Positions 48,501 through 61,300 of a stretch of DNA of 64,000 nucleotides are shown piece after piece. This DNA is from Amoebophrya sp. A120. Lineage: Eukaryota; Protista; Dinoflagellata. A model generated the notes under the pieces. The model had not been told where the DNA came from, did no database searches, and saw only the letters and a list, made by a program, of their open reading frames with translations. Position 1 is the stretch's first letter. Each line of letters begins with the position of its first letter. Made by a program: the position numbers and the translations under genes. The stretch covers positions 2,581,373-2,645,372 of the forward strand of contig CAJINV010000009.1 in NCBI GenBank assembly GCA_905178155.1, in the 5' to 3' direction.

Positions 48501-51240
48501 CCGGGGATGGTTTCCGTTAGCAGATTATTCTCTTGCTCCTTCATATGCATTGCAAAAGTATTGCGGTAGCAGGAATTGCATGACAAATTTTCTCCAGAAC
48601 GAATCTGCAACTTGTCATGCTTTCGGAGGTAGCAAATTCCATTTGTCATGCATTGCTGCAAATACTGCGAGCGCAACACTTTTACAATGCATACTTCATC
48701 GTTTGGACCACGTTCTCCTCCAGGTCTTTGATCACGAAATTTTTCTCCAGATATGGGGTTCTCAAACGTTACGCTCTCAACTGTTACATGAATTTGTGAT
48801 GCAAGAACAGCGAAAGTGAAAGGAAGCATCTATTCAGCTTTTGCATTACAGATTTGGCACAGACCCAGATGCTGTTTAGCCCTTCGAGAATTTGTCATGC
48901 GCAGCCGCTTGGCCGTGTGGTTGCTTATGGTATTTTTGCATGACAAATCCATGCAACAGTTGAGAACGTAACGTTTGAGAACGTCATACCAGAATGGTTT
49001 TCGTTTGGGACTCGATGATGACTTTGCTGTTACTGGTCTCATATGCATTGCAAAAGTATCGTACAACGTAGAAATTGCATGACAAATTTTTGTAGAAGCA
49101 AAAATGCAATTTGTCATGCTGTTTTACCTTCGGAAGGAGGTTTGTCATGCATGATTGGAATTAGTACGAGTGCGATACTTTTGCGCAGGATATCTCAAAG
49201 TCGAGCTGTTGGTTCAAGTCCTGAATCTGCTGCACTAAATCTTGGTTTTGATACCCCGCTTCGAGAAGAGCCGCCCGGTGTTTCTGCACCTCGGCCTCTA
49301 GCTGCTGGATTGCGGCTTCGCTTTGCTGTTCTGACGCCAGTATGGTCGTAGACTTAACATTTGCCCCCGTCGTGATTGACTTCTGCGACTGCGACCTCTG
49401 CACGAAGTAGGAGCTGCTGTTGATGTTGTGTTTCGGTGTGGCGTTCCTCGAGACACCGTATCAAATGTAAAAATGTCTGGGTCTGGAAGAATGCAACTTG
49501 TGATGCGTGTTGCGGATCATACAAAAATCTGTGTTGCATGACTTGCAAAAGGTCCCCACTTCTGGCCATGTTGAGAGGGCATTTCTCATGCAGAATAGGC
49601 ATCACCAAGGGGCTGCAGAACCTGTGATGCTAGGCCCTGCATTCCAGACCTGGCGGAGCTTGAAAAACTGCATGACAAATCTCGGAATCTTCCAGACCCA
49701 GACATTTTTGCATTTGATACACCGGCAGCTACACCTAAACCTGCCCTCGACTTCGCTGCATGGTTACTCGGACTCGCGTTTCTGGAAGCGTTTCTTGATG
49801 ATGATGGTATAGCGTTTGCTGTGCCAGATGGTTTGCCGGTCGTCGTCCCCGGAAGTGGGAGGAGCTTTGTCGGCTTTATTTGCAGATGCTGTGCCTGTGC
49901 CCCGCCCGAATAGGCTTTCGTGACCGCGTTTGCCTCGACATCATCCATCGCAGAAAGATACTGGTCGTAGGACGGCGAGCTGACCGGATTCGTGTCTTTG
50001 GACACCAAACTCGAGGCGGGTACGTCTATCGCAAGAAAAAACTTTTTCACTGTGAACTTGTGATGCAGAAAATGCATCAGTGAACTCTTTGTCTTGCTAC
50101 ACATGCAAGACAAGCGATTTTCAGCGATGTTTTCCCTTAGGATCCTTGCATGGCAAGTTTTCTTTGTAATGTGTAGCGAACTTGTAAATGCAAAACAACT
50201 TGCAACATCCTTACAGTGAAACAGTTTTTTCTTACGATAACGTCCGTGCTGACTTTACTCGCAGCGATGGTGGAAGCAATTTTGGCGGAGAGCGAGGTTG
50301 TAGAAGTTGCGGCACCATTTGATGTTCTAGCAGTTGACGAGGAGAATGTTCCACGACCAGATGATCCACCGCCGCCAGTGGTCGTTACTTTTTCCCGGAA
50401 ATGTTTCCTCAATTCCTCCAAGGTTCGTTCAAAACTTGTCGCGTTGATAGAAGAAGTAGTACTTGTACTACTCCCCGGCGCCGTCCCAATGTTGTTGCCA
50501 ACAAGATTTCCTGCGCTAAACCCTATAACCGTGTTTCTGTATTCCGAAATGTAGTCCCTCGGGAGATATTGGATGACCAATTGCAGCGATCTGGATGAAC
50601 AAGTACTAGACGCTCCTCCACCTTTTGACGTTGAAAATGCTCCACCACCACCCGATGTTGAGTTCGTTGTTTCTAACTGGTAATCGACTCTCCAAATATC
50701 CACCGGCTTGTCCGTGATGCAGCGCAGCGGAAGGGTCAAATGCCCAATCACTGCGCCGTCATTGTCTTCTGTGCTTTGGTCGTCGTGCACGGTGAATTTC
50801 AAAACATCCTGCTCTGGGTTGTGGATGCGGAACTGCAGGATTTTGGTGCTTGGGATCAACGTCGACTGAATCATATCAAATGCAAAAGCATCGTACCCGT
50901 ACTAATCGCGGATACGCATGACAAATCTGGTTCTCAAGGCAAATCAGCATGACAAATTCCATTTTCCATTCGGGGGAAATTTGTCTTCACGAGATTTATG
51001 CATATACTAGGTAGTCCGATACCTTTGCAATGCATAAATCACGTCGCCGAGCAACTGAGCACGGACGTACGGGACCAGTGCGGGAGAGTTGTGTGTGGTG
51101 CTGAAGGAGCCTGCTGTAGCTCGGTTGGCACAAGCGGTCGTATTCAGTTTGGAGGAGGAACTGGATGGAGTCGACGCGTTGTGACCAGCAACTTCGGTCT
51201 TCAACTCCTCCACGTGGAGGAAGAGGTAGCAGGAGGTCAT
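45502..51240 (-). CDS. C2 domain + long coiled coil + C-terminal GAS2/GAR domain protein (gene 7)
   Basis: C2-like PYVRAQL...LQFRIHNPEQDVLKFTVHD...VIGHLTLPL; GAS2 signature DIIDQTLAKWI...FFRVQQGVYLFGKRQVNVQINNEKPVFRVGGGFLPFEQFVEK; GT-AG intron at about 46081-46237. Confidence 0.8.
46548..46718. mobile_element. Introner family A
   Basis: Perfect DR CTCTT. Confidence 0.85.
46891..47173. mobile_element. Introner family C
   Basis: DR TCCGT/TCCGC. Confidence 0.85.
47216..47370. mobile_element. Introner family A
   Basis: Near-perfect TIR; perfect DR ATTGG. Confidence 0.9.
48195..48344. mobile_element. Introner family G
   Basis: Perfect DR CACTT. Confidence 0.85.
48544..48693. mobile_element. 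Introner family A
   Basis: Perfect DR CTTCA. Confidence 0.9.
48752..48988. mobile_element. Introner family C
   Basis: Perfect DR CCAGA. Confidence 0.9.
49042..49192. mobile_element. Introner family A
   Basis: Perfect DR TCTCA. Confidence 0.9.
49459..49719. mobile_element. Introner family B
   Basis: Perfect DR CACCG. Confidence 0.9.
50027..50239. mobile_element. Introner family H
   Basis: Perfect DR ACGTC. Confidence 0.9.
50874..51036. mobile_element. Introner family A
   Basis: Perfect DR AATCA; splits the C2 domain (GDVI|QSTL). Confidence 0.9.
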
Positions 51241-51519
51241 GGCTTTGTGCTCTGGGTTCTTGTACGGTTGCGCCAATGTTGTGCCGGCTTGCGCAACGTG
51301 TGTGCGAGAAAATCTTTCTGTCTGCTGTTCTTGTTTCTCTCTGGTTGGTTGCAACGTAAGTAAAAGTGCTTAGTGCTTGCCGGTGTAAAAGCTCCTCTTC
51401 CTTCATTCCCCCTCTTCGTTCTCGCTCTCGTGGCGCTAAGTAGTACAACTACAACTGCAGGACGAAATGAAACTCCACGACAACGCTTCATCGGGTGGAA
51501 CAGAACGCGACGCCTGCAC

Positions 51520-54090
51520 ACATTAGGCAGGAGGGGGCGGAGCGGAAGCTAGCGCGCAGCGCTCTCGGTAGAGACAACTGACGTAGCACTTACTAGCGGT
51601 GGCAGCTCCTCTCTCTTTCATCTGAATCTGCTGAAAGATGGACGCGGGCCAAGCGCTGGACCTTTGGCAAAGACACACCCCCGGAGCCCAAGCCAAGCGA
51701 CAGACTCCGGGCTCATCAACGGGATCGGGCCCAAGTGGGCTCGGAAATAAAAAAATCATGAATCCCAAAAGAAAAACGAAAAAAAAAAAATTTCTGCACT
51801 GCCGCCCTATTGTGCCAAACCACTCCGCCGGGGCTCGCTCGATGGGAAATCTGCAGGCCCTAAAATAGCGCCGGGGCTCTGCCAGCAAGCTGCGGACCGG
51901 TGGGCTCCGGGGTTTTCCAAGAACTTCGACGCATGAAATCGAGCACGCAACATTTGTTCGGGCGCACACAATTTCGGCGAAAAAACAGAAAAACACCGAA
52001 TAAATTTGCGCCAAAAAAAATTTTTTGCGCGACACGAGTGCGACACGGGTGCGACACGGGTGCGACAGCCGTGCGACATTTTTCGGCTTCTTACTGAAAT
52101 CCCCAAGAAAAATCACAACACCGCCGAAAGTCGATTTTTTTTAATTATTTCAGATTTTTTGTCGCAACAAAGTCGATTTTTTGTCGCAAAATCAATTGCC
52201 CACTCGCCCACCCAAAACTTGCCCACCCGAAACCCCTATCCCATCCCGAAACACACACCGACAATATGGGCTCCCTCTGCCGGCCCCACTTCAATCCCTT
52301 GCGCCCGCGCCTGCTTTTCTCGCCCAACCCACAAACCCAAGACACACAACCAGAAAAAGAAAACACGCCAGCGAGCGGCTGCAAGAACTGAAAAAACCGC
52401 GAGAAAATTTAAAAGCGCGAAAATTTTCCGGCTTTTGTGATTTTTTTGCTTTTCTGACTACTGGGGCCCGATCCCGTTGAGGCTCACGGTGGCGGCCGGC
52501 CGGCGGGCCTGAAAGTGGCAGCAACTGGGCAACAGGAATCACAGAAGGAACGAGACGGCGGCGGCGCAGCTCATGCATAGGGTGAGCGCGCGCCTGCGCC
52601 CCGCGCGCGCCCGGTGGTGTCGCCTGCGGGTACACGAAAAAATGCGCAGGCACACGGCCAGGCCGGGCCTGTGCTTCTTTCTCTGGCAGGCTCACCGACC
52701 TGGAGCATGCCGAGAGGCAGGTGGATCGATGGCACACAGGGGGGGCGGCAGGGCGGGCGGCGGACGGGCGCCCCGGGGGCGGGGCACGCGAACCAGCAAG
52801 CGCGCCCAAATCAAAGCAGGCCGGCGCGCGCACAGAAGCGGCCCGAGGCCGCCCGCCATCTAACTAGCGCGGCCCCACCGGCGAGGTTGATAGCGCGGGG
52901 GCCGGCGGCGACAAGAATGGGCCACCCCCCTCTTCGGAGGGCGTGGCAGAGGATCGGGGGCCGGCGGCATCGCTTGAAATTAATGCGGTCGCCGCTCGGC
53001 TTCGCGGGCCCGCCGAGGTCGCGTCTACGGTTTCAACGAACCTCGAGCGACTCCGGCGCCGCGCCCTCCTCCACCTGAGAAAAACTCCCTGTCCGATTGC
53101 TGTGCGGCAGCCGCCCCACCGGGGCGGGCGCTGCGCCGGCTGGGCCGGCGGGCGGTTTGACTGCCAACCCAAGCAAGGACGCAGGCAACTGGCCCGCCCG
53201 GGCGGGCGGCAATGGCCGCGGCGCCATGCTCCACACGGGGGGGCCAGCGCGCTGCCGGCGCCCACAGAAAATAGCGCCCGGCGCCACCGAAGCCCGCGGG
53301 CAGCCCAACGAACTAGGGCCGCACCCAGGGCGCGCTGGCTGTTCGTTGGCCTCGGCCCGCTATCGCTCGGACTACCACCATGCCGGCGCGCCACGCGGGA
53401 CCCCAAAACCACGCGCCACACCCTGTCCGCCTGCTTGGATCGTCCTCGAACTAGTTCCGCCCTGAGAATCGGGGCGCCATTGCCTTCGAACATTCTCAAG
53501 ATTTCTTCACTGTCGAGCGAATTCCCCGACTGTTTTGCCAGCGATTTAAATTTTTTCGATGCCTGCGCGCTCGCTGCCGCGCGGCCACGGCGCGCGCCCG
53601 CCGGGCGATCGGCACGGCGGCGCCCGGGTCCGTCTACTTGCTTGGGCGGCCAGCTCGGCGGGGGGTCCCCTCCCTGCGATGCATCTATCGGCCGGGGTCG
53701 CGGGCCCCGGCGCTTTCCTGCCCTCCTGCTACACCTCGCACAGCGCCCCCGCCCGGTGCTCCCGCCGGCCCGGCCCGGGCCGGCGCGTCCCAACACTCTC
53801 GCGCCCGTCGGGCCTGTAGGTCGGGCATACTTTCTGCCGCTTCTTCGACGCTGGCAGCGCTTGCGTTGCCTGGCGGCGCGCCGAGTCCAGCGACTACGCC
53901 GCCCGGCACCTGCGCCGCTCGGAACCTGCACTGTTTCGGCGAAACTGTGGAAAAACAACAGCCAGCGGCTTGCTCAGATGCGCGCCCCAATGAGGGCCAT
54001 GCAAGTGGCTCCACACGACATAAACGCGTGGCTTTTCTGACTCCAACGAACACAAATTCCAGCAACATCTGGCGCGAGAAGCAGAATTAG
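51520..54090. other. GC-rich intergenic block with A/T tracts
   Basis: Very high GC/CpG, low-complexity ORFs on all frames, interspersed poly-A/T tracts. Confidence 0.7.
52028..52079 (+). repeat. Tandem 11-bp repeat GTGCGACACGG, about 5 copies
   Basis: gcgacacgagt gcgacacgggt gcgacacgggt gcgacagccgt gcgaca. Confidence 0.9.
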
Positions 54091-54844
54091 GGTTCAAGGC
54101 TGGCCAGATGGATAAACAATGCCAACTGCAAAGCTGTTGCAGTTGTACAGTCGGTTTCTACAACTCTTTGCGTTTGCAAAAGCAAAAGCATAAACCTCTC
54201 AAAACAAGCAACGTTCAGGCGAATACTCTTCATCAACTGATGTCTTTCAGCTTTCACTTCTGGTTTTCAAAGAATCTTGTCTAGGTCTTCTTGTTCTTGC
54301 GCACTCACTGCACAAAAAAGAGAGCTTGAGCTTTGACCCGAAAGGGCCTACGCACAAAAACCGCAAGAAACCTTGAATGCAGGCATTTTTTCTATTGCTA
54401 CTTCCTAGAAGTTCTGTCTTCATCCGCTCACCTTCAGATAAAATCGAGAAAAACGCTTCTTGAATCTGAAAGTCTACACGTATAAATGGTATGTCCACCT
54501 CTAGTCCTCTACTGTGTCTTTGTCATACAATACCACAATCGATGCATTTTTCCCCTAGTGTCGCTATTAAGACGCGTTGTATATCATCATCATACATGGA
54601 TGGGCTGCTGCTGCACGTTAACCTTCATTGCAAAAGCTTCGCTTATAATCGGTTCAAAAAAATAAAAAACGATTTATTTCCCCACTGACGTCCCCACTGA
54701 CAAATCGATGTTTTACGTCTTTAATTACCTCAGCCTCACTAACATCTCAGGTTGAAAACTAAAGTGCATGCTCGAGCTCGACCAGCAAGGTGCAGCTGCG
54801 CCCGATATTTATAACAATCACAAATGACTTGATCGGCTATCCAT

Positions 54845-57313
54845 CTATTCCCGCACTGGCTCTTGCGCCTGTAGTTGTTCCCAATCTACATCCTGCTCAC
54901 CACCGTCCGTCTGTTTTTCCAAACGTAGCGCCTCCCTCTTCGCCCGCTTTCTTTCTCGCTGCAATGCCCTCTTCTTCTGGCGGGCGGGACTTGGCACGTG
55001 GAATGGGCCGCCACTGTGTTGTTGATCATGCCCATGTACTGCTCCAGCGGTAGCATCTCTTTCCCGCGCGGATGATGTAGTGTTGCTGTCAGCTCCTGAC
55101 GACGCAGAATTCGTTGCGCTCCGTCCAACATCATGATCGCGACCTTCGGCTCCAACAACATCGAAATCCTGAGAAGTCGGAGTCCCTTGCTCGTCAAACA
55201 GTAGCTCCTCCGCACTTGCAGTAGAGACTAGTGCCTCTGCTGCAGTTGATGCTGACGAAAAGGAGCCTGCAGACCCAGACGACGTAGTAGAGATTCTTCG
55301 GATCATCGTTTGGCTCTCGGTTTGCCTGTGCGTGCTTGCGCTCGCTTCACATTCGGGAGGAGTCCTTTGCGCGTCATCTTCCTTGCTGCTGTTTCTAGTG
55401 CGAGACCTCCACGCGAAGTCGTTGCGTGGTTTGTCGCGTTTAATACTACTTGTTCTCTTTGATGACAACCTCGACGGCAAGACTACACCGGAGGAAGTAC
55501 TAGAAGCCGGACTAGTTGTGCCACGTTGCTTTGTGATATTTACATTTTCGTTTGCGGCAGCGGGGCGACCCATGTAAGCATGTGTTTCTAGTTCCTGACC
55601 TTGCGCCATCACCCACCGATTTTCGAATGATTGCGGCCACCAGAGGCGCCCTCCATCGGTTGTGTGGTCTAGTGCTGTTGTTTCACTAGGAACTACCGCC
55701 CAATCTCCCGGCGCCGCCGCGCAGGACATCATATCGGCGGACTCGCAGTAAAACACCATCGGCACGGCGGTGGCCATCCCAAGATTTGCTGGATCCCCGA
55801 CGCAGATATAGGGTGTCGAAGATGATGAACAAAGGGCTGCGAAGTGATGCTGATGCATTTCAGATGCAACTTGATTTGCATCTTGCTGCCACTGATGACT
55901 ACGGTAGGGAAAACTGTCCCCACTACCCCGGTTTTCCCCAAAGACAATTTTTTTTTTTCGATCCAATTGTAAGCAGGGCGGGCCCTTCGCAAGCGACCTG
56001 CGCCGCGAATGGCCAGACCGAAGCCCGCTCCCCCAGGTGTGTTGCTGGACTCAAAGACACTGCACGCCTTGCCCGGCTTTTTGGGGCGCAAGCAGCTCGG
56101 GGCCCGCGAGGCAGCGCCCTGGGCAAGGCGCCCATGCCAGACCCGCCCCCCGGCCACCTAAGGCTGAACGCAATGCCCCTTGCCGCGGACCTGTCTTCTC
56201 CGCTTGAGGCTGGCCGGCACCGTTTCCCTGAGTGCATGTTCGGACACGCTGGCGAGAAAAAAAACGTATGCTGGGGATTTCGGCCCTAAGCAGCTATCTA
56301 CGCACTTTCGGCCACCAAAACGAGCACCAGAAACCTCCCGAAAAGGTACGCATGCACGACCCCCAGGGAAACGGTGAGGCCGGAGCCTCAGAAGTTGGGC
56401 GCGGCCAGTGTGGCGGGGCCGCGTTGCAGTAGCCCACGCGCGGATGGGGCCGAAGTAGCTACACACATCCACAAAGCTTGCTGCCCCGTCAGCTCATGCG
56501 CCGACTTTTGCGCGCCGCTATCCCGCTTGCTCCATTGCATACGTAACAGCCTCAGAAAGTATCCGTGAAGAAGATCCACTAGCGGACACTATCCGGGCGG
56601 GCTGCGCGGCCGGTGGCCGTGTTGTTGCATCAGTTCATAAAAAAATTTTTGATTTGGGGAAAACCGGGGTAGTGGGGACAGTTTTCTCTAACGTAATGAC
56701 CATGAAAATTCTCTCCTGTAACTGGCGCCGACGTGGTCGCTGGGTCGTGTGTGCTGTAGTTGTTGTGCCAGCAATACGCATTCGGATTCGCCCAATTGTC
56801 GTCGCTCAACATCCACCCGATGTGTTGTTGACCACTTCTTTGGCCATCGTCAGTCCTCGGCGATGTTGTTGCATCATCCGGCGCACTAAGCCCTCCAGCA
56901 GCCGGCTCATCGTCCTGCTCATCCTCCGAGACGAAGTCTGCCCAGCGACTTGTTCTCGTCGCCCCGTGTGAAGCTGCGCCGGTAGGCGATGAATGTTCTT
57001 GCACCGTGCCGACATCTGCCGACACGAGCTCTTCGGCTGCACCATCAGGCTCTTGTGCGGCGTGATCCTGGTCTGTGGTGAGAACCGGATGAAAAGAATC
57101 CGCGGAAATATCTTCTGTCGTTGACGTTCTTAATCGTATGCCAGCACAGATGCTGACGCTGCTTATCAGACAAGCGAAGGAAAAAATCTCCCTGCAGTGC
57201 TGCATTCTGGATGATAGGCTCCTGATGGTACTAGTTGTAGACCCCGGGCGTGTAGTTCTTGCTGTTGTCCTTGTCATGGTGTCTCGGCGTGATGAAACAG
57301 GATTATACTTCAT
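54845..57313 (-). CDS. Two-exon hypothetical protein with a hydrophobic N-terminal segment (gene 8)
   Basis: ORFs 56630-57367 and 54845-55966 join in frame (GENFHGH|QWQQDAN) on removal of the 796-bp element plus ATGAC. Confidence 0.7.
55900..56695. mobile_element. 796-bp TIR element / long introner with a GC-rich interior
   Basis: 43-bp TIR TACG(G/T)TAG(G/A)GAAAACTGTCCCCACTACCCCGGTTTTCCCCAAA with 2 mismatches; perfect DR ATGAC. Confidence 0.9.
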
Positions 57314-58376
57314 GTCTGATGAAGTTGAAGAAGATGATGAGCCACTTGTTGACAACATCACAAACACAAACTCCGTTCAAAAGTAAATTAATTAAATTTT
57401 TATTTCACCATCATCTGATGCATATGCAAGTCCTCGTTGAGGAAAGAAAACCAAAAGCACAACTAAGCCTTAGCGGAAATGTCATCGAAAAACAAGAGCG
57501 AGAAGTCCAAGAGCCTATCATTATGCCTGTCGTGATGTCGGAGTGTTCAGTTGGCAAACACGTTTAATAATAGCACTTCATCATCGAACCCCGCGAACAA
57601 GTCAAAGTAGAGCTTTTTCAGTTTTTGATCGAATGTAACAAACACAGCAAACAAGTTACAGTTAGTATGTAAGTACTTATTCTCCATTGTATCTCCGTCG
57701 AGTATGACTAGAAGCACTTCTCCGGCTTGTACTAGAAGATCTTCTTCATCGCTTGATCATCACAAAGGTAGAGCCTGCACATTGCGGCGTGCATGGACGA
57801 TCCACCACCACCAGAAAAACCACATCACAACTTCTACTTCTACTTGTGAAGATCGCCGAAACAACATCAGAACAAGGCCAGGAGCGCGATCGCTTTTCAT
57901 ATTCTCCTTCTATCCAGCCGCCGCCGTATTACAACTTCTTCTATCCGGCCGCCGTATTACGCTTTGTAGTTACGCAGTATCAGTAACACTCGGCTTCGTG
58001 GCAGTTTCGTTCTTTCAAGGATATTAGTGAGACGCCACTCGCAGGATTCTTCTCAATTAGAAAGGATAAGGAATCAAGCTACGTTCTTGTGGCCATAAAC
58101 TACTTCCATGATGATCAAGATCAACAGGGAGCAGCGTCGCTTTCATGTCCGACGAGATGTCTTCAAAACACAGCATAGGTACGGTGTCGTGCGCTGTTGC
58201 TTTCTGTCGAAGAGCGAATTTGTTACGCATAGGTTGCTCTTGCGATGTCGAAGATAATATTTCTTTTTCTATCCGTAGAGCTAGAAAGTGGAGATAACTA
58301 TTGAGTTTGATGAATTGAAGTTCTAGAATCATAAGCATGACGATTGTAAAGAGGTCGAGCACTTGTTTCATAATAA

Positions 58377-61300
58377 TCAGGCTTCTTCAGGCGGCAGGCG
58401 CAGTGCCGAAAGTGGATCGTAAAACTTTTCTTGCGCGGCCCGAGGAACCACACCAGGTATCAACACCTTACCATCGTGCTGCTCTTCTTCATTTACAATG
58501 GGCGGCAGTGCAGGACCTGCCGGTGACCACAACTCCTGCTGCTGCGCATAATCTACTTGCTCCCCACCGGCCAGCGCGACGCAGGCCCCATGATCATCCG
58601 CCAACATCTTCATTCTGCTTTCGTTGTAACACCGGTCGAGAACTTTCTTGAATTCCAAAAACATCGCGTCCATTCTTGCCTCGTATGTCGCGGCCAGCGA
58701 GTCCGGCAGTTTTTTCGTCGGTCTTCGGCCGCAGTACTTCGATTCATTCCAGTAAACGTGCGTGGCGGTGACCGTGACAAAAAACAACCCGCTCTGCGGC
58801 TTATGCATTGCAAACTTATCGTACCTAGCATGCGATTGCATCACAAATTTTTTCATCACAATTTTATCAAGGAAGAAAATGCAATTTGTAATGCGAATTC
58901 AAATTGCATTTCCATTTGTCATGTATAACTGCAATTTCTATTGCAGATACGATACTTTTTCTTTTGCGATGCATACGGCTCCATAAACACCCACCCCGGC
59001 ATGTCCGGGTCGCCTTTCTCCAGAATTGGGGCCTTATTGGGGCCGATAAGCAGGTTGTTGCTACTCGAGTGATGTGTTGCGCTTGCACCAACACCAGCTG
59101 CGGGAGAATTATTCGGGGATAAGTCCCCGGTTTTGGACCGGTCATCATAGAAGGAGCCTCTAGCTGCAGTTGCGCTGTGCTGATGTTCCCGGGTGCGTCC
59201 TCGAGAATTATAGATGCCGGAAGTGATTTGCTGCTTGGAATTGCTCGTGGCAGAGCGGAAGGGCACAAGCAAATCCGGCGTTTGCTGCGGTATAGCTGAG
59301 TGGTACAACTTTTGGTCCAAAAGCTGTTCTTCGCTGTTTGTCTGAAGATTCTGTAACAACCCCGCTGTGGTCGCACCAATGGTGCTGCTGTTCGCTGAAG
59401 AGGTGTTGCCGCCAATCGTATTAAGTAGCGGGGGAAACAATCCATCGTGGTCGAGCTGCTGGATGTTTGCGTTCGTCCGCGTGTTATGAATTGCAAAAAT
59501 GTCTGGATCAGCAAAGTTAGAGCTTGTAATGCTGGTCTTACATTCCTGTGAGATCTGTATTGCATGACCAACAACAGTCGCAGCCTCTCTCGTCACACAA
59601 AAACGCAGTTTCTCATGCGGAGTGCGTATGAGGAAGCGTTCTGCAAACTTGTCATGCTCTCCTCCATGAGGGACCGTTTTCGTCATGAACATTTTACCAT
59701 CACAAATTTCCAGACCCAAACATATTTGCAATGGATACGTGTCTAGATTCAGTGACATCACCGTGCTGTCATTCGGGGTAACGACTTCCTTGGAGTTCGA
59801 TCCAGAAGCACTGACATTACCGGTGGAGTACTGGTCCTGCAAATCTTGCTCGAGAAGTTGGGCTGGGAGTTGTAAGGCATTATTTTGTGCTGACACTGAC
59901 TCGTCGTCCGGACGCGAGATGATTGGATCGTCCTCGACCCCTCTCCCGACGCTAGCAGGAGGACCAGCAACTGGAGCCGCAGAAGGTCCTCCAGAATCTA
60001 CCAATCCAGGTTCTTGTGCGGGAGGCGTAGAAGTCGTGTTTATCAAATCCACACCCTGAACAATTATCCCTCCGTCTGTCAAATGCTGGTTTTGCCGAAT
60101 GGCCTCAAACACTGGTGTGGCTTGCGTCCCTCTTGGTGCTGGGGTGGTAAGCTGTCGCAGGTCCAATCCACCGAGCATGGGCACGGCGTTGTCGAAGTCA
60201 AAGAGGTTATCTTGTTCTCGTGCAGGAGATGTAGTTGATCGGCCAGCAGTTTCTGTTTCTCCCCCGGAAGCTACAAGAGGAACATCAGGGGCTCCAGCAG
60301 ATCCAGCTACACCAGCCTGCGCGACAACCGTCTCCCGTCCCCTCGCGCCGATCATATCAACACCGCCATATTGGTTTGTATCCGTGTCGATTACTTCCAA
60401 AGTTTCTCTTGCTGTCACAAGGTCGTCCTGCTGGTCGTTGATGTTGAGATCTACTCGCTCTCCGTATGATACAGGTTGTACCACCGAGGATGTCCCTCGC
60501 AGCACACCAGCGACACCAGTAATGCTGGTCGTCGGGAGACCGCTTCGAGACCTACTTTGCGATAGCAGGTCGCCACCCGTCTTCGAAGAAGTAGCAGATG
60601 GCAACAAGGCTGCCTTTGCAGATTTTCCGCTCCCGCTCTTAGAAGAACTACTTGTCGCCCCATAGTTGTAAATCAACAGTAGATTCAGTGGTGGCGACAA
60701 CAACATTTCCACTAGCGCTGCGTACCCGATCCTCTCCGGATATGGGGTTCTCAAACGTTTACACTCTCAGCTATTACATGATTTGTCATGCAAAACTGCC
60801 ATAAGCAGCCGCACCATCAAGGTGTTCTCGAATGACAAATTCTCCAATGGCTAAACAGCACGGTACTACGTTCTAGATTTGCAATGCAAAACGCGCAATA
60901 TTCCCGCTTTCGCTTTTGCTGTTTTAGCATCACAAATCCATGTAACAGTTGAGAATTATTTAACATTTGAGAACGCCATACCGGAATCCGCATCCCCAAC
61001 CTGTGGAAAAAGGGCGGTCTTTTGTAAACCAAATCTTCCACCTGCTTCTGCATGTAGTTCCGCAACAAATAGAACGAGGATTTCGAGGTGAAGAGGAATT
61101 GCATCACTTCCATATTCGCTAACTCCTGTTCGTGCTCGTCCCTTTGCTGTTTCAGTTTTATCAGTTCTAAATGTTCCTCCGTTCCGTATTTCAGCTTGTT
61201 CAGCTGCTTGAAAAACTTCTCCGCACACCGCTGGCTCGGCTGCTATGGCGTTCTCAACTGTTACATGGTTTGCCATGCAAATTTACCACCAAGATCGCAA

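Noticed and set aside
52864-54040. 364-aa and 365-aa overlapping ORFs
   Set aside because: Arg/Pro/Gly/Ala-rich on both strands, as expected from stop-codon scarcity in very high GC DNA; no domain recognised.
41550-56695. rRNA or tRNA genes in the GC-rich blocks
   Set aside because: No conserved rRNA signature or tRNA cloverleaf recognised by eye.
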